Shown piece after piece: positions 16,917 to 26,860 of a stretch of 64,000 nt of DNA. Position numbers and translations under genes: made by a program. The stretch is taken from the NCBI GenBank assembly GCA_030731845.1, contig JANQTF010000300.1:8471-72470 (forward strand), in the 5' to 3' direction. The DNA comes from Bacteroidia bacterium. Lineage in GTDB: Bacteria; Bacteroidota; Bacteroidia; J057. The notes under the pieces were generated by a model. That model made no database searches, had not been told where the DNA came from, and saw only the letters and a program-made list of their open reading frames with translations. The stretch's first letter is position 1, and each line of letters begins with the position of its first letter.

Positions 16917-17102
16917 CTATGCTTCTTCTTTTCCTTCCATCACCTGCTGTCCGCGGTAGTAACCGCTTTGGACACACACACGGTGGTAGGGAGTCGCCTC
17001 ACCAGATTGTGGATCAATGTAGAAAGCCGTGGGCTTCAACTTGATGTGAGTTCTGCGCTTGTCGCGACGAGTCTTCGATATTTTCCGTTTAGGATGGGCC
17101 AT
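16917..17102 (-). CDS. rpmF: 50S ribosomal protein L32
   Basis: MAHPKRKISKTRRDKRRTH... is the canonical L32 N-terminus. Length is 61 aa. Confidence 0.95.
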   Translation of the reverse strand: MAHPKRKISKTRRDKRRTHIKLKPTAFYIDPQSGEATPYHRVCVQSGYYRGQQVMEGKEEA

Positions 17103-17133
17103 CGTTCAATGTATTATAAGGTGCAACCTGTGT

Positions 17134-17697
17134 TCAACTGTTTTCTTCTGAATCTTTGAGCTTTTTGAGTGCTTCCCAGCGCGGGTCGATGTCGTCTTCG
17201 CTTTCTTCTTTTGGAAGAGGCTTACCGTTGGCATCAAGTCCAAGCACCGCCAACACAGAAGGATCACAGATGTGAATTTTCTTGGAAGGTACTCGCCGCA
17301 GCGGGAGAGAAACATGGACAAAGTCGTAAAGATCCTGAGCAACCGGTATTTCCGAGTCTTCTTCGTTGATCTGAATCACTTCCGTATCCTCAAACTGCTG
17401 ATTGGGATCGTAGGAGTAAATGATCCTGTTAGTAGAATCGATGGGTTGGTCATAAGGCTCAAGACAGCGATCACACTCCACTTTCACATTGCCTTTGATA
17501 TGAAAGACTACATCAAAGTGTTGTGGATATCTCACGATCTCAAGTTCGGCTTTTACGTTGCCGTCTTGACTGAGTCCAAAATCAAAATGCTCAAAAAACG
17601 CGCGGTCAAGCGAAAAGGATTCGGCTTGCTTCCCTGGCACCAACATCGCGATGTCCAGAGAATATTGCTGCTCAAACGTCCTGTCAATTGCCATCAC
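17134..17697 (-). CDS. yceD: DUF177 / YceD-family protein (classically encoded upstream of rpmF)
   Basis: 187 aa with the CDRCLEPYDQPID motif and an acidic tail. Sits immediately upstream of rpmF, matching the conserved yceD-rpmF arrangement. Confidence 0.8.
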   Translation of the reverse strand: MMAIDRTFEQQYSLDIAMLVPGKQAESFSLDRAFFEHFDFGLSQDGNVKAELEIVRYPQHFDVVFHIKGNVKVECDRCLEPYDQPIDSTNRIIYSYDPNQQFEDTEVIQINEEDSEIPVAQDLYDFVHVSLPLRRVPSKKIHICDPSVLAVLGLDANGKPLPKEESEDDIDPRWEALKKLKDSEENS

Positions 17698-17751
17698 GCT
17701 CTATTCGGGTTGCAAAGATAGGAAAAAAGTTTTCACCTCCACCAGTTTCTT

Positions 17752-17787
17752 TCAAAAAAACCACAGGCCGCCACGAGTGGCGGCCTG
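17752..17787 (-). terminator. Strong minus-strand intrinsic terminator with no annotated gene upstream of it
   Basis: CAGGCCGCCAC / GTGGCGGCCTG stem (17764-17787). On the minus strand it is followed by TTTTTTT (A-run 17754-17760 on the plus strand). Confidence 0.6.
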
Positions 17788-18139
17788 AATGGTGCAAGAA
17801 GTGTGGAAGTGAATAAAAAAAGAAGTTGGAGGACTAAGTTACAAGCATAATATCAGTTTTCAAATGCCCGGATATTCCTAAAATTCCGTAACTTGATATT
17901 CATTGGAACCGCTATCAATCAGCGTGTTACCCATACCTTTTGGAAAGAGAACGTCATGCCATCATTTTTCAATTTCCTAACTTTCCCCTTACGTAAGCGT
18001 AAAACGCTACATGTAGCTTCCAGCATGACTGGATTTGCTTACATAGAAAAATGCATGCTTGGCCTCGTGAATCCACCTTTTTTGATACCCCATCACCGCA
18101 GGGTCGTTCCCTTTAGGAAGCCCGATCATTTTTGAGACA

Positions 18140-18646
18140 ATGCTTGTCAGAGAAAGTGTACTTGTACTGAACCAGGATTATCAGGCAATCGGTGTTTGCT
18201 CCGCCGAGAGAGCTTTCATCCTTGTCGTTTTGCAGAAAGCCGAAATGCTCTCTCATCATCCAATGAAGAAGCTGCGATCTGTCAACAAAGACTATAAGTT
18301 CCCTTCTATCATTCGACTGTATCGCTACGTCCATTTCCCCTACAAGCGCGTCAACCTTTCCCGACACAACGTATTTAAACGAGACAACAACCGCTGCGTG
18401 TACTGCGGTAGCAAAGATGCCCTCACCATTGATCACGTTCACCCAAAATCGCTCGGTGGCCGCGACTCCTGGGATAACCTCGTGACTGCCTGCCAAAAGT
18501 GTAACAGCCAAAAGGGCTCCCTCACTCCCGAACAAGCTGGGCTAAGCCTTCAGTACGAACCCTTTCGCCCCAGCTTTGTCATGTTTCTTAGTAGCTTCAA
18601 CGGGCAGGTGAGAGACGATTGGAAGCCATACCTGTATATGTCCTGA
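18140..18646 (+). CDS. HNH endonuclease-domain protein (stand-alone)
   Basis: RDNNRCVYCGSKDALTIDHVHPKSLGGRDSWDNLVTACQKCNSQKG is a complete HNH motif with CxxC...CxxC zinc ligands. Confidence 0.85.
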   Translation: MLVRESVLVLNQDYQAIGVCSAERAFILVVLQKAEMLSHHPMKKLRSVNKDYKFPSIIRLYRYVHFPYKRVNLSRHNVFKRDNNRCVYCGSKDALTIDHVHPKSLGGRDSWDNLVTACQKCNSQKGSLTPEQAGLSLQYEPFRPSFVMFLSSFNGQVRDDWKPYLYMS

Positions 18647-18825
18647 GCATAGCCTTGATTGCTCAAAACCGCTTTCAAGGTGTTGAACCATTGAGAGCAA
18701 GCGCGTCTTTGCTCGGGAACTCCCCTCGTTAACATTTTTTGACACAAAAAAAGACCATGCCCGAAGCGCGCATCTCCACTGGAAATGCTCCGCTTCAGAC
18801 ATGATCTTCCTCACGCACATAGCGC

Positions 18826-20406
18826 CTACAGCCTTGGGCCTGCTGCTATGATGTCTGCACCAGCGTGGGCGGCGTAGTTCTCAAAGTTTTTGATGAAGCG
18901 CTTGGCCAGATCGAGTGCTACCTTGTCATAGTCCTCTTCGTTGCGCCAGGTGTCGCGTGGATTGAGGATCGCATTAGGCACATCGGGACAGGTTTTCGGG
19001 ATGTCCAGGTTAAATAGGTCCAGAGTTTGATATTCCACATGATCCAACCTGCCGGTGAGGGCAGCTTTCACCATCGCACGGGTGTATGACAAGTCGATCC
19101 GGGAGCCTTTGCCATGTGGACCACCTGTCCAGCCTGTGTTGACGAGCCACACGTTGATATTGCCATCTCCGCTGCGTTGGTTCCCTTTTTTGAGTTTGTC
19201 TCCGAGTAGTTTGGCATATTCGGTCGGACGCAGTGGCAAAAAGGGTGCACCAAAACAAGTAGAGAAGGTTGCCTCCGGCTCGGTGACTCCCTCTTCTGTA
19301 CCTGCAATCTTAGCCGTGTAACCAGAGAGGAAATGATACATCGCTTGCTCAATGGTCAAGCGACTGATGGGAGGCAGCACCCCAAAAGCATCGCAGGTAA
19401 GGAAAAAGATATTCTCAGGAAGGTCGCCCCGAGAATTATACATGATGTTTTCGATGTGATAGATCGGATAGCTCACCCGTGTATTTTCCGTGATGGAGCC
19501 ATCTTCGTAGTTGACCGTGTTGGTATCTTCTTTAAAGGTCACATTCTCAAGCAGGGCACCAAACCTGATCGCACTAAAAATCTGGGGCTCTTTGGAGGCG
19601 GAGAGGTCAATGGTCTTGGCATAACAACCTCCCTCAAAGTTGAAGATACTTTCCTTGGACCAGCCATGTTCGTCGTCGCCCACAAGCCTACGCTCAGGGT
19701 CGTTGGAGAGGGTGGTTTTGCCTGTGCCGGAAAGCCCAAAAAACAGGGCCGTATCGCCGTTGGTACCTACGTTGGCAGAGCAGTGCATGGGCAGCACATT
19801 GTTGGCAGTGGGCAGCAGGAAGTTGAGGACAGAAAAGATGCCTTTTTTGATTTCGCCAGTGTAGGCGGTTCCACCGATGAGTACGGTTTTCTCGGTAAAG
19901 TTGATCACAGCAAAATTCTTCTGCCGAGTGCCATCGGTAGCAGGATCAGCCTCCATACCAGGAAAGGCATACACGGTCCAATCGGGGGTAAATCCAGCGA
20001 GCTCCTTGGTGTTGGGGCGAATAAACATGTTGTAAACAAAGAGATTCTGCCAGGGATACTCGGTAAGGACACGGATCTTGAGTCGATAATTGGGATTGGC
20101 GCAGGCAAACACATCTCTGGAGTAAAACTCCTGATTCTGCTCCATGTAGGTTTTCATTTTGGCCAGGAGCTTATCATAAGATTCCGGGCTGATCGGAATA
20201 TTTACCTGGCCCCAATCCACCAAAGACTCTGTGGTGGCATCTTTGACGATGAAGCGGTCTTTGGGTGAGCGCCCGGTGAAGGCACCGGTTTGCACCACAA
20301 GAGCGCCTGTGCTGGCGAGGTGCCCCTGATGGAGCAGAATTGTTTTTTCAACCAGTGAGGCAGGTGTGAGATTGGAAAGGGCTTTTTTGGCGATCACTTG
20401 TTCCAT
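18826..20406 (-). CDS. pckA: Phosphoenolpyruvate carboxykinase (ATP)
   Basis: FTGRSPKDRFIVKD, FFGLSGTGKTTLS (kinase-1a P-loop) and GDDEHGW. Length is 526 aa. Confidence 0.95.
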   Translation of the reverse strand: MEQVIAKKALSNLTPASLVEKTILLHQGHLASTGALVVQTGAFTGRSPKDRFIVKDATTESLVDWGQVNIPISPESYDKLLAKMKTYMEQNQEFYSRDVFACANPNYRLKIRVLTEYPWQNLFVYNMFIRPNTKELAGFTPDWTVYAFPGMEADPATDGTRQKNFAVINFTEKTVLIGGTAYTGEIKKGIFSVLNFLLPTANNVLPMHCSANVGTNGDTALFFGLSGTGKTTLSNDPERRLVGDDEHGWSKESIFNFEGGCYAKTIDLSASKEPQIFSAIRFGALLENVTFKEDTNTVNYEDGSITENTRVSYPIYHIENIMYNSRGDLPENIFFLTCDAFGVLPPISRLTIEQAMYHFLSGYTAKIAGTEEGVTEPEATFSTCFGAPFLPLRPTEYAKLLGDKLKKGNQRSGDGNINVWLVNTGWTGGPHGKGSRIDLSYTRAMVKAALTGRLDHVEYQTLDLFNLDIPKTCPDVPNAILNPRDTWRNEEDYDKVALDLAKRFIKNFENYAAHAGADIIAAGPRL

Positions 20407-20528
20407 GAAAGGTGAGGGTTGATTCCTGTGATGATCTCGTCAGGAGGTGCGTGGATATGTTGGGCGAAGAGAGGAAATTGAGGTTAATTCTTGGGCAAAA
20501 AGGCGGAAATCGCTTGTTACTCGCCTCG

Positions 20529-20561
20529 CTGCTTCCTGTTTTTCTAAAAAACAGGAAGCAG
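20529..20561. terminator. Perfect 15-bp palindromic hairpin between the DUF1266 gene and pckA
   Basis: CTGCTTCCTGTTTTT-cta-AAAAACAGGAAGCAG. Could terminate the upstream minus-strand gene. There is no separate U-tract beyond the T-run inside the stem. Confidence 0.45.
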
Positions 20562-20762
20562 GCAGACGATATGCCGCATTCCATTGTTCTGCCACAAAAG
20601 GAAACAAGATGAACCTAATTCAAGGGGTTCCGGCTCGGGTTCCCTGATGATTTTTAAACGCAAATAAAGAGGATTCTCTTCGGATAGCGAAATTTCGGAA
20701 AGCCATTGTCCTAAAAAGCTGTAGATAAAACACGAATTTAGGTAGCGGCTTGTCCCACAGGC

Positions 20763-21842
20763 TTAACGCTTGTATAGCGGGAGTGCCCAGTCGATTTCAC
20801 GCCATGGGCTTTGGGGAGATTCCCGTAGTTGCAGGAACGCCTTTCTCCACATTACGCCGTCTTTTTCTGTTTCAACGGTGGACCAGTATTCTCTCGCCAT
20901 CAAAAATGCCTCCCCGCATTCCTCCCAGGAGTCGTATCGGCTTTGCAAGACCTGACTCGCTCCGAGCATGGCATCCCAGGCTTCGTCTTCTTCCAGGAAT
21001 CCCGCCAGGTATCCAGCCCGGCAATTATCCAGATAGCGGAGATAATCCCAGGCTAGAAACCCCACATCGGTCAGAGACTGCCCCTTTTCGGCCACGAGCC
21101 GGAGCCGGCCTTTCATTTCTTCGATTTCATCGGGGGTTTGTGCCTCTTCCTGCCCGGTCTCCAACCGATGGATAAAGCCAGCTGTATATTCTTCAGTAAA
21201 GAGGCGAAATCGCTGAATTTCATCAAAAAATTCCGTCCGGTGCCCCGTCTCGATCAGCCAATCCTGCACCTCTTCCAGCTCTTCCGCGTCGTCCACTTCC
21301 CACTCATTTTTGAGCCATTTTTGCGCACGGCGCTCATTGGAGGAGCTGAGGCTTCTACCCGCTAGCGACGCTGAGTCGAGGCCACGCATAGCACCAGGCA
21401 AGGCAGCGGCAGCCAATGCCCACAGTTGAGGCGTGGAGATATCTCCCTGATCCGGCTCCTGATCTATGCTCCGCTTCTCCTTTTTTTTTCGGTTAAAAAG
21501 ACTCACGGTGGCCTTTCCTATCCCCTTTCTCACCAGACTAAACCGAAGCATGAGCCAAAACAACAGACACAGCAAGAGCACATATACCGTGAGGCTCACC
21601 CAGCCATATTGGCGATGAAAGCTCATCGCTGCAAACACCATCATGAACAACCCCGCCAACCAAAAACCACCAACCCGAAGGTAAAACCTCGGATCGGTGG
21701 CGCCTCGGACTTCCCCAGAACTTCCCAGGATGCGCTTTTTGCGCACTGCCCGATAGCCAATGATGAGCATGAGAAGGCCTAAGCCAGCGGGCCAAAATGG
21801 CGAGAGATTTTCCATGAGGAAAATGTACGAGGGATTGGGCAA
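20763..21842 (-). CDS. Membrane-anchored DUF1266-domain protein
   Basis: The N-terminus has ~3 TM segments. The C-terminal region GFLAWDYLRYLDNCRAGYLAGFLEEDEAWDAML...YDSWEECGEAFLMAREYW matches the DUF1266 (YbeU/YbeR-like) pattern as I recall it. Confidence 0.6.
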   Translation of the reverse strand: MPNPSYIFLMENLSPFWPAGLGLLMLIIGYRAVRKKRILGSSGEVRGATDPRFYLRVGGFWLAGLFMMVFAAMSFHRQYGWVSLTVYVLLLCLLFWLMLRFSLVRKGIGKATVSLFNRKKKEKRSIDQEPDQGDISTPQLWALAAAALPGAMRGLDSASLAGRSLSSSNERRAQKWLKNEWEVDDAEELEEVQDWLIETGHRTEFFDEIQRFRLFTEEYTAGFIHRLETGQEEAQTPDEIEEMKGRLRLVAEKGQSLTDVGFLAWDYLRYLDNCRAGYLAGFLEEDEAWDAMLGASQVLQSRYDSWEECGEAFLMAREYWSTVETEKDGVMWRKAFLQLRESPQSPWREIDWALPLYKR

Positions 21843-21856
21843 GGAAGCAACAGTCC

Positions 21857-22345
21857 TTAGCCACTATAGGTTAGTATGAAAATTCCGATCAAGGTAACAA
21901 CCACTAAAAACGGAACGACTCCCATGATCATTGCAGCCACGCTTCGCTTCCATGCACCGCTTCGATGATGTTTTCTCTGCTTCAAATTGGCAATAAATCC
22001 GCCAATAAATCCAAATCCGCATAAAATGGCCACTGGAACCAAAAAAGCCAAAGACCCAATAGTAGAGAGCGTAAGCAGACCAATTCCCAGTATCAACAAT
22101 CCGATACCAGAAGCCACAAAACTAATATCGCCAAGGGTCCTGCCTGGCACATCCTCCAAGGATTGATCATGCTTTGTTTTGTCATTCTCCCCTCGGGCAG
22201 GCAAAAAGCTTTCGCTTTCTACATTCGACACGCTTTGAAATGGCAAGGACGCTACATCTGTTTCAAATTGCCTACCCTTCAACCCTTGGTTAGGGTAACT
22301 CATGCAAATCATGAGCATAAGGCTTAAAAATGCATTAGGATTCAT
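21857..22345 (-). CDS. Small membrane protein, paralogue 1 (signal peptide + C-terminal multi-TM block, DUF4190-like)
   Basis: MNPNAFLSLMLMICM signal-like N-terminus, a polar linker, then GIGLLILGIGLLTLSTIGSLAFLVPVAILCGFGFIGGFIANL...MIMGVVPFLVVVTLIGIFIL. Confidence 0.55.
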   Translation of the reverse strand: MNPNAFLSLMLMICMSYPNQGLKGRQFETDVASLPFQSVSNVESESFLPARGENDKTKHDQSLEDVPGRTLGDISFVASGIGLLILGIGLLTLSTIGSLAFLVPVAILCGFGFIGGFIANLKQRKHHRSGAWKRSVAAMIMGVVPFLVVVTLIGIFILTYSG

Positions 22346-22369
22346 TTTTTAACAAGTTAGGTGAACAAA

Positions 22370-22840
22370 TCAAGCTCCAAACGACAGGATGAATAAACTG
22401 AGCAGGATAAGCGGCAAAGCCATAACTAATAAGGCTATTATACCGAGTTTCCTGTCATAAGAAGATCTGTCCCCATGGCTCTTAATGATTAAGACAATAG
22501 ACAAGAGGAAGGCTACCAAAAGCAGCGGTAATCCCAGTGTCTGAAGCACTATAACAATCAGGGAACCGATCCCAAACCATGGCAGGACGAGCAGAATACT
22601 ACCCACAATAGATAAAATCAAAGCAATCAATCCTTTCTGACCATCCTCCCACACAGACTTGAGTTTGCGGAAGAGACCCCGCTTCTGTGGCCTTTCTACA
22701 GGAAGCGCAGATACTTCGGATGACATTTCAACTACCGTTTGAGAGGCAGCAATACGACCAGACTCAGCACCCTGCAGCAATGGTGTGGCAAGTAGAAGGC
22801 AGAATAACAGGAGTATAACTTTTGAGATAGACATAGGCAT
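22370..22840 (-). CDS. Small membrane protein, paralogue 2
   Basis: Start at MPMSISKVILLLFCLLLATPLLQGA (cat 22838-22840). Same layout: polar linker, then LIALILSIVGSILLVLPWFGIGSLIVIVLQTLGLPLLLVAFLLSIVLII...IIALLVMALPLILLSLFIL. Confidence 0.55.
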   Translation of the reverse strand: MPMSISKVILLLFCLLLATPLLQGAESGRIAASQTVVEMSSEVSALPVERPQKRGLFRKLKSVWEDGQKGLIALILSIVGSILLVLPWFGIGSLIVIVLQTLGLPLLLVAFLLSIVLIIKSHGDRSSYDRKLGIIALLVMALPLILLSLFILSFGA

Positions 22841-23077
22841 GCGGTTAGAGTTGATGCAAGCGAACCGTCTGGGAAATGAGCCGGGCGGCCTCCTCTTCCG
22901 TTGTATGTCCACTAATCCAAAACTATCGGCTTGCGATGCCTTATCCTTATGGCTTTGCCATAAGTTGCCTTCATTTTTTTTGCAAAAAATGCGAAAAAAG
23001 ACTGCTCAAGGTATCAGACAAAGTCTTTTTTGCGAAAAATGCGAAGAGCTTCATACACCTTTCTCATTTTTTGCCAA

Positions 23078-23539
23078 TCACTGAAGATAAAAGCCCAACA
23101 AGATCAGCCCAACGAAGAGCAAGGGCAGAGCGCCCAATAGCAAGCCAGTGAGCCCAAATTTCCAGTCGCGGGAGCGCGGTTTTCCTTTCTGGGTCACGAG
23201 CGTGTAGATCGCCAGGCCAATTCCAGCAAGGATCAATGCCGTGCCCAACATCGCCAATATCTGTGGACCAGTCAGGAACAAGGTGAGCAGGAGCGTAGCG
23301 GAACCAAGACCTGAGGAGAGTAGAGCAATCAGCCCGGTGCGGCTCTCAGCGTTGGCATCGCGTTTCTGCCAAAACTTTCGCTTACTGACTTGCCGGGCAT
23401 CTTGATCCGCAAATCTCGAAGGTGTGGTTTCTCCAACGGAAGACAGGCCGGAAAAAGCCCTCATTTGGCTGGCTTGCGACAGCGGGGCCAAAAGAAGAAT
23501 GATGGACAAAACCAGAGAGAAACGAGTGATTGCATTCAT
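23078..23539 (-). CDS. Small membrane protein, paralogue 3
   Basis: Start at MNAITRFSLVLSIILLLAPLSQA (cat 23537-23539). Polar linker, then GLIALLSSGLGSATLLLTLFLTGPQILAMLGTALILAGIGLAIYTL...LTGLLLGALPLLFVGLILLGFYL. Confidence 0.55.
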   Translation of the reverse strand: MNAITRFSLVLSIILLLAPLSQASQMRAFSGLSSVGETTPSRFADQDARQVSKRKFWQKRDANAESRTGLIALLSSGLGSATLLLTLFLTGPQILAMLGTALILAGIGLAIYTLVTQKGKPRSRDWKFGLTGLLLGALPLLFVGLILLGFYLQ

Positions 23540-23628
23540 ATCAGAATCTATTTGTTGACATGTTTCCCTTACAAGAAACGCATTCGCCAGAAAAGTTTCA
23601 TCATTCATTTTTATTCTACCTTTGCCCC

Positions 23629-24930
23629 ATGAAGCGGGTTCTTCTCATTACGTACTATTGGCCGCCGAGCGGCGGAGCAGGTGTGCAGCGCGTGCTGAAA
23701 TTGGTCAAATACCTGAGAGAGTTTGGCTGGGAGCCGGTGGTCTTCACCGCCAAAGATGCTGCCTACCCCATCGTAGATGAAAGCCTGCTCCAAGATGTGC
23801 CCGATGACCAGGAAGTCTGGAAAGGAGACATTTGGGAACCCTACGAAGTGTATAAGCGCTTCACAGGTCAGGGAAAAAAAGAGCAGGTCTATTCTGGTTT
23901 CATGAATGAAGAAAAAGGCATGAGCCTCACCCAGAAGCTCTCGATCTGGTTGCGCGGCAACTTCTTCATTCCCGATGCCCGTGCTTTTTGGATTAAGCCA
24001 GCGACCCACTTCTTGGTTGACAAGCTGAAAACAGAAAAAATTGACGCCATCATTTCCTCGGGGCCGCCACACACGGCACACATGATTGCGCGCAACCTAC
24101 ACAGAAAAACGGGCCTGCCATGGATCGCAGACTTTCGCGACCCCTGGACCAATATCGACTTTTACGATCAGCTTATGCTCAGCTCATGGGCAGATCGCCG
24201 ACATCGCAAGATGGAAGCATCTGTGGTCAACGAATGCACCAAACTCAGCACCGTCACCTGGACCTGGGCCGATGAATTTCGGCAACTGGGTGCCTCCTCC
24301 GTCGAGGTCATCACCAACGGATTTGACGAGGAAGATTTTCCCGATACGCCTCCCGATCCAGAACCCGGCTTCGTATTCAACTACATCGGTTTTCTCAACG
24401 ACGACCGAAATAGCCCTCTTCTCTGGGAAGCTTTTGGAGAATTAATTCAGGAGATTCCAGCCATGAGCGAGGTATTGAAACTGCGCTTTGTCGGGAAAAC
24501 AGATCACGTGGTATTTCGGGATCTCGAGAAAAATGGCTTGCTCGACCTCGCCGAGCGCATCGACTATGTGCCACACGCCACTGCTCTGACCTATCTCACC
24601 CAGGCACGGCACCTCATTCTCCTGATCAACGATGTGCGCAATGCCATGGGCCACATTCCCGGAAAAACCTACGAATATCTCGGTTCTCGAAGGCCGATCC
24701 TTTGCATTGGGCCCGAGAGTAGCGACTCCGCACGGGTGATTCGCCAGTGTGAGGCGGGTGAGGTCTGTGATTTTGCCAACAAGGAGAAAATGAAGAAAAT
24801 CATCCTGGCATGGTATCAACAATACCGAAAAGGGGACCCTATGACATGCCTGGGGGATATTTCACCCTTCACCAGAAAATCTACTACACAGAAAATGGCC
24901 AAAGCCCTCGACTCCTTATTACTTCAATAG
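23629..24930 (+). CDS. Glycosyltransferase (GT-B fold, GT4-like)
   Basis: MKRVLLITYYWPPSGGAGVQRVLKLVKYL is typical of GT4-like enzymes. The C-terminal half has a Rossmann-like block. Start at ATG 23629. Confidence 0.65.
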   Translation: MKRVLLITYYWPPSGGAGVQRVLKLVKYLREFGWEPVVFTAKDAAYPIVDESLLQDVPDDQEVWKGDIWEPYEVYKRFTGQGKKEQVYSGFMNEEKGMSLTQKLSIWLRGNFFIPDARAFWIKPATHFLVDKLKTEKIDAIISSGPPHTAHMIARNLHRKTGLPWIADFRDPWTNIDFYDQLMLSSWADRRHRKMEASVVNECTKLSTVTWTWADEFRQLGASSVEVITNGFDEEDFPDTPPDPEPGFVFNYIGFLNDDRNSPLLWEAFGELIQEIPAMSEVLKLRFVGKTDHVVFRDLEKNGLLDLAERIDYVPHATALTYLTQARHLILLINDVRNAMGHIPGKTYEYLGSRRPILCIGPESSDSARVIRQCEAGEVCDFANKEKMKKIILAWYQQYRKGDPMTCLGDISPFTRKSTTQKMAKALDSLLLQ

Positions 24931-25602
24931 AATTCCGCTTCCAAATACGAACTGCCCGCCAAAGAAACCGCGTAGCCGTCCTACGCTAGCATCCCAGATA
25001 TAGGTGTCCAGAGAGGGAAAGGTGGCAGGCGAAAAAGCAACCATCCAGGAGAGGCGCATGCCTGCGCTGATCGTGAACCGATCGGCAATCACACGTTGGG
25101 CACCAATGGTATATGACAGAAGCGCTGCCTGAAAATGGCCAAGGTTTTCTCTGCCGTCTGGGTAATATTGTTGATCCAGGTCTTTTACCCGATATTCTAC
25201 AAAAGACACCCCAAACCGATGAAATGGCCCCAAGGGTGGGACGTTGCCTTTTCTGGCAAAGGTGTAGGCCCGAATATCCAGCCCAATTTGCAAGCCCTGC
25301 ATCTGCATCCTTCCGGCTGAGGAAGTCGTGGCGTAAGGACGCCCGACCACAAATCCCTGCACATGTCCCCCAATGGCAAGGCCGCGCGTCACTACCCGCT
25401 CCCCCTGCAAGCCAAATTGAGTATTGATGCGGATGGGTTGCTCGTTTTGGAGGGTCTGCCAAAGGTTGGGGAATACGCCCAGCTCCACTCCCAGCACACT
25501 GCGATGCCCCAGATAGCCTGCCACCTGTGCATCAGCTTCCGAGCAGAAAAATAATAGCAGAAAAACGCCACAACATTTCAGGATTCCCAGATGGCTAGCC
25601 AT
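24919..25602 (-). CDS. Hypothetical secreted protein, possibly outer-membrane beta-barrel
   Basis: Signal peptide MASHLGILKCCGVFLLLFFCSEADAQ. Alternating G/aromatic-rich strands and a C-terminal F-containing end (FVFGSGILLK). Overlaps the convergent glycosyltransferase gene by 12 nt. Confidence 0.45.
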   Translation of the reverse strand: MASHLGILKCCGVFLLLFFCSEADAQVAGYLGHRSVLGVELGVFPNLWQTLQNEQPIRINTQFGLQGERVVTRGLAIGGHVQGFVVGRPYATTSSAGRMQMQGLQIGLDIRAYTFARKGNVPPLGPFHRFGVSFVEYRVKDLDQQYYPDGRENLGHFQAALLSYTIGAQRVIADRFTISAGMRLSWMVAFSPATFPSLDTYIWDASVGRLRGFFGGQFVFGSGILLK

Positions 25603-25672
25603 CGAGGAGGTAGATAGAGAAAAATGGAGTGACTGAGTCATAAGGACAATCTACAAAGAAGAGAAAACATCC

Positions 25673-26158
25673 TTATTCAACTTTCATCAATAAGGCTACG
25701 GCTTGGGCGATCATGCTCTCCCCACGGCCCACAGCATCGGTCTTCTCGTGGGTGGTAGCTTTGATGGAAATAACCTCCACATCGGTCTCTAGCAACTCGG
25801 CAATCACGGCCTGCATCGCAGGGATGTGAGGATTGAGCTTGGGTTGCTCAGCAATCACGGTGCTGTCGAGATTACCGAGTCGGTAGCCTTTGGCTTTCAC
25901 CAGTGCATAGGTGTCGCGCAGCAACACTTTGCTATCGGCATTGTGATATCGGGGATCGGTATCGGGAAAATGAAACCCAATATCCCGGAGATTGAGCGCC
26001 CCAAGCAAAGCATCGCAGATGGCGTGGAGCAGCACATCGGCATCAGAATGCCCCAGAAGCCCCCTCTCGTAGTCGATGCGAATTCCTCCCAGAATCAGGT
26101 CGCGACCTTCGACGAGCTTGTGGGTGTCATAGCCAAATCCAATTCGAAAAGGGAGCAT
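25673..26158 (-). CDS. ispF: 2-C-methyl-D-erythritol 2,4-cyclodiphosphate synthase
   Basis: [51 protein letters not shown] is the canonical IspF motif. Confidence 0.95.
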   Translation of the reverse strand: MLPFRIGFGYDTHKLVEGRDLILGGIRIDYERGLLGHSDADVLLHAICDALLGALNLRDIGFHFPDTDPRYHNADSKVLLRDTYALVKAKGYRLGNLDSTVIAEQPKLNPHIPAMQAVIAELLETDVEVISIKATTHEKTDAVGRGESMIAQAVALLMKVE

Positions 26159-26232
26159 AGCAAACAAAATGAGCTGTAGAACCAGAGGTAAAAGATAGCA
26201 TTCATCAGGGAAAACACAGAGCCTGACCAGAC

Positions 26233-26850
26233 TTATTTCACACGCCAGGGCTTGAAAAAAGCTTCATCGGCATAGGCGAGCAGCTCTTTGTCTCCTAAAG
26301 AATCGCCGTAGGCGATCACCCGTGCAGGGCGCTTGCCGCCAAGCCAGGCCTGCAAGCGCAGGACCTTCTCTGGCCCGTGGCAGTTGTTTCCTGTAAGTTT
26401 TCCGGTGAATATCCCGTTTGAATATTCGCCAACAGACCCCAGCACAGGGATTTGCCGATTACTGGCCCATGGCTTTACCCACAGCTCCAGCGAAGCCGTG
26501 ATCAGGAGCAACTCATGGCCCGATGCCTTATGGGCATCAATGGCAGCCAACCCGCCGGGTCTCAGGATTGTTGGCAGCACTTCCTCGCAAAATCGCTGCG
26601 CATATCGCTCCAACTCTTCTATGGATCTTCCGCCCAGAAAAGCAGACATAAAGGCTTCTTTCGCTCGCACATTCGACACCAACCTGAACTTGAAACCCAA
26701 GAGCAAAGGCGCTAGCCTCAGCAACCCAAGCGCATAATTACGTGGACCCACCACATAGTGGCAAAACGCCAACATGCTGTCTTGCGTGGTGAGGGTGCCG
26801 TCAAAATCGAAAACCGCCAGCGTATCAGGCGCTTGGGTCGAGGACATCAT
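26233..26850 (-). CDS. HAD-IB family hydrolase (phosphoserine-phosphatase-like)
   Basis: [15 protein letters not shown] (motif I), LITASLE (motif II) and [12 protein letters not shown] (motif IV). Start at MMSSTQ (26850) avoids overlap with the upstream kinase gene. Confidence 0.75.
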   Translation of the reverse strand: MMSSTQAPDTLAVFDFDGTLTTQDSMLAFCHYVVGPRNYALGLLRLAPLLLGFKFRLVSNVRAKEAFMSAFLGGRSIEELERYAQRFCEEVLPTILRPGGLAAIDAHKASGHELLLITASLELWVKPWASNRQIPVLGSVGEYSNGIFTGKLTGNNCHGPEKVLRLQAWLGGKRPARVIAYGDSLGDKELLAYADEAFFKPWRVK

Positions 26851-26860
26851 CAGGAGGTTC

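Noticed and set aside
19333-20268. 311-aa plus-strand ORF
   Set aside because: It lies entirely antisense within pckA, whose identity is unambiguous. It is a typical shadow ORF.
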